A stretch of 64,000 nt of DNA from an uncultured Peptostreptococcaceae bacterium (lineage in GTDB: Bacteria > Bacillota > Clostridia > Peptostreptococcales > BM714), in the NCBI GenBank assembly GCA_964644525.1, contig CAZXWC010000001.1:7489-71488 (forward strand), in the 5' to 3' direction. Position 1 is the first letter of the stretch; every line of letters starts with the position of its first letter. Below the pieces are notes generated by a model. That model ran no database searches, had not been told where the DNA came from, and saw only the letters and a program-made list of their open reading frames with translations. Shown one piece after another: positions 47,198 through 54,824 of the stretch. Position numbers and translations under genes: made by a program.

Positions 47198-48520
47198 TTA
47201 TTTTGTTTTCCTTCGTTTTGAAAGTATTTCCCTTTTGGCCATTCTTATAGAATGTAGCAATGGCCGTTTCGAAGGACAAATGAAAGAACACGAACCGCAC
47301 TCTATGCAATCCATGGCACTATTCTTTTCAGCCATATCAAACATTCCGTTCAATGAATATGCGCTGATTGCAAACGGTTGTATGAATGAAGGGCATATAT
47401 CTACGCACTTGCCACATCTTATGCAAGGATTAGGTTCAGGTAATCTTGCCTGTTCTTCCGTAAATACCAATACTCCTGAAGTAGTCTTGTTTGAGGGCAA
47501 GTCATCTGTGAATTGAGCAAAACCCATCATGGGACCTCCAAGAATCAGTTTGCCCGGTTCACCTTTGTATCCTCCAGCTTGAGCAATGATTTCACTGATT
47601 CTGGTTCCATTTTTTATCATTATGTTTTTGGGTTCTGAAATCCCGTCACCTGTAACGGTGCATATCCTTTCGATGAGCGGCATTCCAGTCTTGATTGCCT
47701 TTGATATAGCCGACATTGTTGCAACATTGCTCACAACTGCGCCTGCATCCATTGGAAGGGCTCCAGACGGAACTTCTCTTTTTGAACACGCGTAAATCAA
47801 TTGTTTCTCAGATCCTTGTGGATACTTGGTTTTTACAATCACAACCTGAATCCCGGGAAACTCCTTTGCAGCCTCTTTCATTGAAAGGACAGCATCCATC
47901 TTGTTGTTTTCAATGGCTATAAATGCTTTTTCAAGACCCAAAACTTTCATTACGGTTCTTAATCCATAAACAACATCTTCCGGATTCTCAAGCATCAGAC
48001 GATGGTCGGATGTCAAGTACGGCTCGCATTCCGCTCCATTTAAAATAAGTACGTCTATCTTCTTATCCGGAGGAGGCGATAATTTAACCCTGGTTGGGAA
48101 ACCTGCTCCTCCCATTCCGACAATTCCAGCTTCATTGATTATATCGAGTATTTCTTTAGCCTCAAGCGTCTCTATATCCCCCTTGGGAACAACGCTCTCA
48201 TGGACTTCATTCAATCCGTCGGATTCAATTACAATACAAGTCCCAGTCCCGTTAATAATCATCCTTTTTTCAATTTTCTTTACCGTACCGGAAATGCTGC
48301 TATGAACTGGCGCAGATACAAATCCGCCCGCTTCACCAATTTTCTGCCCAACCTTGACTTTTTCGCCAACTTCCACAATTGCCTTGCAAGGTGCGCCGAT
48401 GTGTTGCTGAAGGGGAATTACTACGATTTCAGGTTCCAAAGCTTTCTCCACCGGTAAATGTTCTGTCATTTCTTTACTGTGTGGAGGATGAATGCCTCCC
48501 CTGAATGATAAAAGATTCAT
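47198..48520 (-). CDS. rnfC: Rnf complex subunit C
   Basis: 440 aa: MNLLSFRGGIHPPH..., an NADH/FMN-binding GMGGAGFP motif, and two 4Fe-4S motifs (CIRCGKCVDICP, CIECGSCSFICP). Confidence 0.93.
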   Translation of the reverse strand: MNLLSFRGGIHPPHSKEMTEHLPVEKALEPEIVVIPLQQHIGAPCKAIVEVGEKVKVGQKIGEAGGFVSAPVHSSISGTVKKIEKRMIINGTGTCIVIESDGLNEVHESVVPKGDIETLEAKEILDIINEAGIVGMGGAGFPTRVKLSPPPDKKIDVLILNGAECEPYLTSDHRLMLENPEDVVYGLRTVMKVLGLEKAFIAIENNKMDAVLSMKEAAKEFPGIQVVIVKTKYPQGSEKQLIYACSKREVPSGALPMDAGAVVSNVATMSAISKAIKTGMPLIERICTVTGDGISEPKNIMIKNGTRISEIIAQAGGYKGEPGKLILGGPMMGFAQFTDDLPSNKTTSGVLVFTEEQARLPEPNPCIRCGKCVDICPSFIQPFAISAYSLNGMFDMAEKNSAMDCIECGSCSFICPSKRPLLHSIRMAKREILSKRRKTK

Positions 48521-48561
48521 TGTTACTCACCCCTTTATAAATAGTCGTCACATTTATATTC

Positions 48562-48567
48562 ATTATA
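48562..48567 (-). promoter_or_regulatory. Candidate -10 box (TATAAT) upstream of rnfC
   Basis: TATAAT on the minus strand about 40 nt upstream of the rnfC ATG. The -35 region is weak (TTATAT). Confidence 0.4.
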
Positions 48568-48712
48568 CCGCCAAACAAGTTGCAATATAACTAATACCAT
48601 GCGATCAAAAAAACACAAAAAAAAAACATATAGTCCATTAACATAGTATCTTTAAAGGATTTTAAAGTCAATCATTGTTAATTGCGTAACGAAAAACAAA
48701 AACAATTTTAAT

Positions 48713-49255
48713 TCACTGTTTTATTTTTTCTAGGCCTTCTTTTACGTGGTCTCTTATCCAACAAATAACATCGTTATTGTTCAAAGGTACATCGCCCAAT
48801 ACTTTTTTTATTTCCCTTGTGTCCAAAGTAAAGCATTTTTCGCCCACATTATGACTGTATATGAAATCGACGTTTATATCCGATATAACAACGGTAACCA
48901 CAGTATCTACAATATTGCCGAGAGGCGCGCGGTCTATATGGTCATATCTGAATGATGCTTCAAGTTCCGTTCCTTTTCCTGCTTCCGATCTCATGTTGAA
49001 CTTCCCATCACAATTTTCTGCTGCGGATTTAAGCATTGGAATCCCCAATCCGACTTTTCTTGTAGTCCTGCTGGTGTAAAAAGGATTAATCACTTTTTTC
49101 AGAGTTTCCTCATCCATGCCTTTTCCGTCATCTTTTATGCGTATTGAAAAAATATTCTTCTCTATGTTTTCACAAATCTCGATTTCAACCAGTTTTGAAT
49201 CGGCATGAACCGAATTTTGAGCTATATCCAATATATGCATCGACAATTCTTTCAT
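48713..49255 (-). CDS. GHKL-type ATP-binding protein (HATPase_c only, 180 aa), cassette gene 6
   Basis: N box HILDIAQNS, G1 DDGKGM and G2 GLGIPM. No HisKA, DHp or TM region. The start overlaps the PHP stop (TAATG). Confidence 0.8.
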   Translation of the reverse strand: MKELSMHILDIAQNSVHADSKLVEIEICENIEKNIFSIRIKDDGKGMDEETLKKVINPFYTSRTTRKVGLGIPMLKSAAENCDGKFNMRSEAGKGTELEASFRYDHIDRAPLGNIVDTVVTVVISDINVDFIYSHNVGEKCFTLDTREIKKVLGDVPLNNNDVICWIRDHVKEGLEKIKQ

Positions 49256-49983
49256 TATGATTCCCCCTCGTTGCTTTTTCTCAAAGCTTTGAATATGTTT
49301 TCAATGTTTTTTTCATCAACTTCCAAGTAATTGTCGCACTCCGAAATATCGTGAAGATAATGGGCATCCGAATTTAAAAGAAAGCGGTAGTTTTTATACA
49401 TCGGGTTCTTCTCTTTAAATTTCTCTTGACTTGTCTTTTTAGAAAGCTCCAATGCATCAACCTTCAAGTCGGGTGGCAAAAAGCCAAGATTGGCAATCAG
49501 GCTGAAGGCCTTTCTGTCGATGTGAGCTGGTACTGCAATCCCTTTGTGCCTATGCGCCAATTCAACCAATGCATAAATATTTAAATCTATCGAATGTATC
49601 AAGAGGCGTTTTTCCACACCTGTCAACTCGTCATTCTCGTCTAATATCAATTGCCTGCCCAAAAGTTCTTCGGAATTCGGAATCCATTCAAAGTGCCTCT
49701 TGAGTTCATCCTCAAACATTTTTACGCTATCAATCGTTTCAAACAAACAAAGGACATGCACTTCCTCTTTCGTCTGTACTTCCATTCCCGGAACCACTAT
49801 GATTCCATTTCTTCGGCCCAAGGTCATGCAGGCTTGGCAATTTGCAGCATTGTTGTGGTCTGTTACCGCAATCGCATCAAGCCCCTTCAAAAGAGACATA
49901 TTTATTATGTTGTTAGGAGTCATATCCTCGTCTCCACACGGTGACAAAGCAGAATGAATATGAAAATCATAATAAAGCTTCAT
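49255..49983 (-). CDS. PHP-domain phosphoesterase, cassette gene 5
   Basis: MKLYYDFHIHSALSPCGD...VTDHN...SDAHY (PHP metal-binding His/Asp pattern). ATG 49983 overlaps the upstream stop (TAATG); the ORF-track start at 50043 is an extension. Confidence 0.8.
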   Translation of the reverse strand: MKLYYDFHIHSALSPCGDEDMTPNNIINMSLLKGLDAIAVTDHNNAANCQACMTLGRRNGIIVVPGMEVQTKEEVHVLCLFETIDSVKMFEDELKRHFEWIPNSEELLGRQLILDENDELTGVEKRLLIHSIDLNIYALVELAHRHKGIAVPAHIDRKAFSLIANLGFLPPDLKVDALELSKKTSQEKFKEKNPMYKNYRFLLNSDAHYLHDISECDNYLEVDEKNIENIFKALRKSNEGES

Positions 49984-50315
49984 TACATTCCCAGCTCTTT
50001 GAGTTTGCATGCCAATGTAAAGCTGTCTAGTTCCGAAGTGCAAACAACAATATTTTCTTCGTCCGCTTTAGCCAAGGTATCCTCCTCCACTTCAATGGAT
50101 TCAGGCACTATTATCATGGGCATCTCAAGAAGCGATGCAACAGCAATTATGTTCAGGTGTGTCTGAACGGTAATCCAAATATCGCCTTTGCTGCCGTTAG
50201 CCATTACCCAACTCAAAAGATCGCAAATGTAAACTCCGTCAACGGTTTTTGTTGAATCTTTTTCACCACTGGCTTGCTCCAATTTCAATTCCTCAATAAT
50301 CTCATTGATGATCAT
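49983..50315 (-). CDS. DRTGG-domain protein B (110 aa), cassette gene 4
   Basis: Paralogous to the 118-aa protein at 52026..52382 (CDLLSWVMA vs CDLMSDVLA; LNIIAVASLLEMPMIIV vs LQVIRTAEMLDLSNIVF). 14-nt overlap with the upstream gene. Confidence 0.7.
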   Translation of the reverse strand: MIINEIIEELKLEQASGEKDSTKTVDGVYICDLLSWVMANGSKGDIWITVQTHLNIIAVASLLEMPMIIVPESIEVEEDTLAKADEENIVVCTSELDSFTLACKLKELGM

Positions 50316-51576
50316 TTTCAGCCTCCTGTCCTTTTCTTATTATGCAATCGTCTATTGAAGCCTCTCCGCGTACAATATCCTCCGCCAAAGCTCTGCAACT
50401 TGGGGCTCCACATGTTCCGCAATCTATTCCCGGCAATTGCTTGTATATCTTTTCTATCATATCCATCTTGTTGATTGCAACACGTATGTCCGAATCCAAT
50501 TTCATTACATTTTTGGGTTTGATGTCGTCTACCCAATCTTTCATTTCTAAATTGATTTTTTCAATTGCTTTTTCCTTATTTATCACTTCTATTTGACTCT
50601 CTCCGATTTCTTCAGAAATACGTCTGATTCTCGCTTTTGCAATAAATGAATTTTCCATTGTAAGCGGACCTCCTATGCACCCGTTTACACATGCATAGCC
50701 CTCGAAAAAATCAACATCGTTAAGCTTCCCGAGTTCCATTCCCTCCAAAACTTCAATTACATTTTCTATGCCGTCAACAGCAAGATAATTTTTGGCTTTT
50801 ATGCTGAAACTTTGTCCATTCGCTTTTGCCCACCCGATTCCAACACTTGATGAATTCTGTACCTGCTTTCTTATCTCGACATCAGGATAAATCTTCAAAA
50901 TCTTTGAGTACACCGATTCTATTGAAATGGCTTTGTCGACATATGACTTCCTTATTCCAACCGGATTCTTGATGCTTGTTATCTTGGCTGGGCACTCTGT
51001 TACGTAAAATGTCCCTATGTCCTCCATAGCAAGTCCGGTTTTTTCTACAGCTTCACGTTTTGCAAACCTTGCAGCTATTTCCATTGGCGTTTCAAGTTTG
51101 ATTATCCTATCTATCAGTGAAGGAAATCTTATTTGAATAAGCCTTATTATCGCAGGGCAGAGTGTCGAAATAAGCGGGCCGTCTTTTTCTTTTTTCTCCA
51201 ATCTGTCTTTCAATGCTATGGATAGATAGTCAGCGGCCTTTGCCACATCATAAACCTCATCGAAGCCCAAATCATAAAATGAATTAAATATTTTATTGAT
51301 TTTTTTGCTCAAATGAAACTGTCCATAAATAGGAATTGAAACCAGCGCTATATTGTATTTGTAGTTTTTCATATCCGACAATTCATCCGTCAGCGCCCTT
51401 TTCGCATGGTATGGGCATACTCTTATGCACTCACCACAATCTATGCAGCGTTCATTTATAATTTCCGCTTTCCCGTTTCGCAAACGTATTGCCTCTGTAG
51501 GACATCTTTTCAAACAATTAGTGCATCCGTTGCACTTTGTTATATCCAAATTGACTGAATGCCAATAATTTTCCAT
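50302..51576 (-). CDS. [FeFe]-hydrogenase-like Fe-S protein (2x4Fe-4S ferredoxin N-terminus, Fe_hyd_lg_C-like core, C-terminal RnfB-type Fe-S module), putative sensor, cassette gene 3
   Basis: CNGCTNCLKRCP and CIDCGECIRVCP at the N-terminus. H-cluster-like motifs STLCPAI, VTECPAK and ACVNGCIGGP. C-terminal CGTCGAPSC...C. ATG 51576 lies 7 nt after GGAGGGAA. Confidence 0.8.
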   Translation of the reverse strand: MENYWHSVNLDITKCNGCTNCLKRCPTEAIRLRNGKAEIINERCIDCGECIRVCPYHAKRALTDELSDMKNYKYNIALVSIPIYGQFHLSKKINKIFNSFYDLGFDEVYDVAKAADYLSIALKDRLEKKEKDGPLISTLCPAIIRLIQIRFPSLIDRIIKLETPMEIAARFAKREAVEKTGLAMEDIGTFYVTECPAKITSIKNPVGIRKSYVDKAISIESVYSKILKIYPDVEIRKQVQNSSSVGIGWAKANGQSFSIKAKNYLAVDGIENVIEVLEGMELGKLNDVDFFEGYACVNGCIGGPLTMENSFIAKARIRRISEEIGESQIEVINKEKAIEKINLEMKDWVDDIKPKNVMKLDSDIRVAINKMDMIEKIYKQLPGIDCGTCGAPSCRALAEDIVRGEASIDDCIIRKGQEAENDHQ

Positions 51577-51589
51577 CAAATTCCCTCCA

Positions 51590-52021
51590 TCAAATATTAA
51601 AAATCATTTCCACTTTCGTTTCCGCTCCCTTGGAAGATTCAATACTGAATTGGTCACTTGTTCTTTTCATGTTAGGCAATCCCATACCAGCTCCAAAACC
51701 CATTTCTCGCGCTTCATTGGAAGCCGTGGAAAATCCTTTCTTCATAGCCTTTTCAAGATTTTCAATTCCATTGCCATTATCATGGGCTATTACAATTATT
51801 TTATCGTGTGAGATTTCTGTTGTGATTTTACCTCCTTCAGAATGAATCACTATGTTTATTTCTGACTCGTAAGCCGCTATTGCAATCCTTCTTACCACAG
51901 ACGCTTCGATACCTATTTGATTTAGCACTTTTTTGATATTGCTTGAAGCAAGGCCTGCCTTGGAAAACTCCTCTTTACCCACCTCATATTCAAGTTTTAT
52001 AGTCTTTTCCGATTCAACCAT
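51590..52021 (-). CDS. RsbW/SpoIIAB-like anti-sigma-type serine kinase fold (GHKL ATPase, 143 aa), cassette gene 2
   Basis: ESEINIVIHS (N box-like), HDNGNGI (G1) and GFGAGMGLPN (G2). AAGGGGAA SD. Confidence 0.75.
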   Translation of the reverse strand: MVESEKTIKLEYEVGKEEFSKAGLASSNIKKVLNQIGIEASVVRRIAIAAYESEINIVIHSEGGKITTEISHDKIIVIAHDNGNGIENLEKAMKKGFSTASNEAREMGFGAGMGLPNMKRTSDQFSIESSKGAETKVEMIFNI

Positions 52022-52025
52022 ATGA

Positions 52026-52382
52026 TTATTCCCCTTCTATTTTTATTGCGCCAAGTCTGCTCTTGTAAAGTAAACCGCTTGCTTCAAATAAAGTATGCCT
52101 GACTCTCATTAAAACCATCTTCTTTTCTTTTGCCAATTTGCACACATCATCATCCGGATTTTTCCCTCTTACAAATACAATGTTGGACAAATCGAGCATT
52201 TCCGCAGTCCTTATTACCTGTAAATTAGTAAGGCCTGTCAGAAGAAGGACCTTTTCATCCACAAAAGCCAATACATCGCTCATCAAATCACATGAGAAAG
52301 CCGCTTCAACTTCCCTGTCCATATACTCTTCTCCTGCCAGTATTTCAGCATCAAGTATTTCTTTTACTTCTCTAAGTAACAT
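52026..52382 (-). CDS. DRTGG-domain protein A (118 aa), cassette gene 1
   Basis: VLLLTGLTNLQVIRTAEML core. Paralog of 49983..50315. AAAGGGGAA SD. Sits 12 nt after the upstream gene. Confidence 0.7.
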   Translation of the reverse strand: MLLREVKEILDAEILAGEEYMDREVEAAFSCDLMSDVLAFVDEKVLLLTGLTNLQVIRTAEMLDLSNIVFVRGKNPDDDVCKLAKEKKMVLMRVRHTLFEASGLLYKSRLGAIKIEGE

Positions 52383-52394
52383 CGCAATTCCCCT

Positions 52395-53303
52395 TTAACT
52401 AACATTTCTAATTCCATTTATAAAAATATCCGACAAGTCGTTAATGCCTTCTTGCTTTTCCATTTCTGGAATTTTAGCCAGAACTGCTATTGACGATTCA
52501 TACCAATCTATTAAACCTGGAAAAAACACGCCTCCCGAATCAAAATCCTCAAGCCTTTTTTTCATGCTTTCCAGCTCATTCAACTTCATTGAGCTTGTTT
52601 CAACCAGTTCTTCCCTAGACAAGTTTGATTTCAAATATGCCACATAATCAGATTGCGCTTCACCAATTATTGAAAGAGCCCTCTCGTAATCATTTATGCA
52701 TCCAATCGCTTTTTTCTCTTTTTCCGACTCGTAAGTAAATTCAGTTGTCTTTTCAACACTGTACAAAAAAGCGTCGTCTGCAATATTCTTTGCATCTTTT
52801 TTAAAATATTCCCCCAGAGTGCTGTCTGCGTAAACGAAATTCAAAACCTTGAAGTTTTTATCCTCTAAAATAGTACCGCGTTCTCCTTTTTTCTCCAATT
52901 CCAGCAAAAACTTTTCCGCGTTTTCCCTAGTCGAAAAACTGCCTAATTGATAGGCATATAAGTTTACACTGACTTGCTTGAACTTCACCTCAGACTGTTT
53001 GCTTACATCTTCAGAATCCGTTTGCAAGGGTTTCGCAGTATCAACTTCTTCAATTTCTTCAAATGGTTTTTTAATCATGTCCGAAACTTCCGTTGCTTGT
53101 TCTTCGTCATCTCCAGAATTTGTAATTTCTTCTCCTGTCTCTTCGGCTGGATTGAGATTTTCGCTTCCCAAAAGCATAAATTTAACTCCGTAAAAACCAA
53201 GCAATGCCGAAATTAAACATAAAAACAAAATTGAAAAAATAAACCTTCCTCTTCTGCTTCTTTTCTTTCTTTTGCTTGTTTTACTTTTATATCTTTGAGC
53301 CAT
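52395..53303 (-). CDS. Membrane-anchored protein with SPOR-like domain (302 aa)
   Basis: Basic N-terminus, one TM segment, an acidic linker, then YAYQLGSFSTRENAEKFLLELEKKG (SPOR-like signature). The C-terminal half is unassigned. Confidence 0.55.
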   Translation of the reverse strand: MAQRYKSKTSKRKKRSRRGRFIFSILFLCLISALLGFYGVKFMLLGSENLNPAEETGEEITNSGDDEEQATEVSDMIKKPFEEIEEVDTAKPLQTDSEDVSKQSEVKFKQVSVNLYAYQLGSFSTRENAEKFLLELEKKGERGTILEDKNFKVLNFVYADSTLGEYFKKDAKNIADDAFLYSVEKTTEFTYESEKEKKAIGCINDYERALSIIGEAQSDYVAYLKSNLSREELVETSSMKLNELESMKKRLEDFDSGGVFFPGLIDWYESSIAVLAKIPEMEKQEGINDLSDIFINGIRNVS

Positions 53304-53338
53304 AATATCATCTCCGCTTCGTTAATATTATATCATAT

Positions 53339-54820
53339 CTATATGTTTTTATAGTCCAGGATTTTTTTGGTTTTCATCTTTCTTTCCGCCATTTCAAGCG
53401 GTGAATCAATATAGTCCTTTGAATTCTTATAATTTGCTGCTCTCAGTATTCTGTTGTCTTCAAGCGATACAAATTTTGTCATCACTCCCGCTCCGAAAGC
53501 GATTACAGTTTGAAGATCGTTCATCATCCGCATGTTGTAGATGCATGCCTTTCCTGCTTTTGCATAGCCTATATTCTCCATATTTCCCAGCATATACTTT
53601 TGCCTGTACATATAATACGGCTCCATCCCAAGCAAAACTGCTCCTTTTTCCGCAAGCTTTATCATATGGGCAACAGAATTCTCATCAGGCAGCATTTTTA
53701 AAACCGAGCTCTTTCTCATTTCTGAATTCTTCTTCAAAGCCAGTGTATGGACCGTCAAGTTGTCGGGTTTTATTTTATATACATTTTCCATTGTCAATTC
53801 CATTTCACTGATGTTTTCTCCAGGGAGTCCAACTATCAGATCCATATTGACTGAATTAAAACCGTATTGCCTGACCATTTCCCAAACTTTATGGACATCC
53901 TCCGATGTATGCCCCCTTCTAACGATTTCGAGCGTCTTGTTGTTGAATGTTTGAGGATTTACGCTTATTCTATCCACCCCTGACTCCTTCAATACAGATA
54001 ACTTGTGTTTATCTATGGTGTCCGGCCTCCCGGCTTCAACGGTAAATTCCTTCAGTCTGCTTAAATCAAGTGTGCCATGCAAAACATCCATAACTTCCTT
54101 CAGATGGCTGGCTGAAAGTTCCGTTGGTGTTCCTCCGCCAATATAAACCGTTTCAATTTCATAAGGTTCAATTTCTTTTGCGTAGCTTCTTATTTCCAAA
54201 GCCAAAGCCTTAACGTATTTATCTTTTATTTCATTACCTGCATTCACCTGGGTTGGAAAAGAGCAATACAGGCATTTGCTGGGACAAAAAGGTATTCCTA
54301 TATAAACTGAAATTTTATTTGGATCGGGAGGATAAATAAAATTTTGCTCCAAACGTGCAACCCTCATTAGCAGATTTATTTTTTCTTTTGAAATCAAATA
54401 TTCGTTTTTCAATTTCCGCCTTATGTCTTCCCGCTTCATTCCGCTTTGAATCATTTCATGAACAAGTTTTGAAGGCTTTATTCCAGTAAGCGTACCCCAT
54501 GGAAGAATATTTGCGCTTTTGTCCCCCAAAATGGTCTTAATCATTAAATGCTTCAGCTTACTGCGAACTTGCCTTTTGTTTTCACGCTCGTCCCCTGACG
54601 ATTGCATGACTGTTTCGTGTTTTTCAAAAGTTTCGTTTTTGGGATCCCTCCATACCACCCTCATAGAAAATACATCGTCTTCTCTATTGTAGATAATTGC
54701 CAAAAAAGGACCGAATGCATCCAGGTCCCTTGTCTCTTCTAATTCTTCTGTTTTAAAAATAGCCTTTGCCAACGCTTCTATATCGTAGCGATATGTTGAA
54801 TCCGTCATATATATCTTCAT
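53339..54820 (-). CDS. hemZ: Coproporphyrinogen dehydrogenase HemZ-type radical SAM protein
   Basis: 493 aa with GIPFCPSKCLYCSF (CX3CX2C) after a roughly 160-aa N-terminal extension typical of HemZ. Confidence 0.8.
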   Translation of the reverse strand: MKIYMTDSTYRYDIEALAKAIFKTEELEETRDLDAFGPFLAIIYNREDDVFSMRVVWRDPKNETFEKHETVMQSSGDERENKRQVRSKLKHLMIKTILGDKSANILPWGTLTGIKPSKLVHEMIQSGMKREDIRRKLKNEYLISKEKINLLMRVARLEQNFIYPPDPNKISVYIGIPFCPSKCLYCSFPTQVNAGNEIKDKYVKALALEIRSYAKEIEPYEIETVYIGGGTPTELSASHLKEVMDVLHGTLDLSRLKEFTVEAGRPDTIDKHKLSVLKESGVDRISVNPQTFNNKTLEIVRRGHTSEDVHKVWEMVRQYGFNSVNMDLIVGLPGENISEMELTMENVYKIKPDNLTVHTLALKKNSEMRKSSVLKMLPDENSVAHMIKLAEKGAVLLGMEPYYMYRQKYMLGNMENIGYAKAGKACIYNMRMMNDLQTVIAFGAGVMTKFVSLEDNRILRAANYKNSKDYIDSPLEMAERKMKTKKILDYKNI

Positions 54821-54824
54821 TAAA

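Noticed and set aside
48521-48712. Mini-ORFs in the cassette-rnfC spacer: plus-strand MRSKKHKKKTYSPLT from 48599, and minus-strand MLMDYMFFFCVFLIAWY.
   Set aside because: Neither has an SD, and their composition is dictated by the A10/T10 homopolymer tracts. They are most likely fortuitous.
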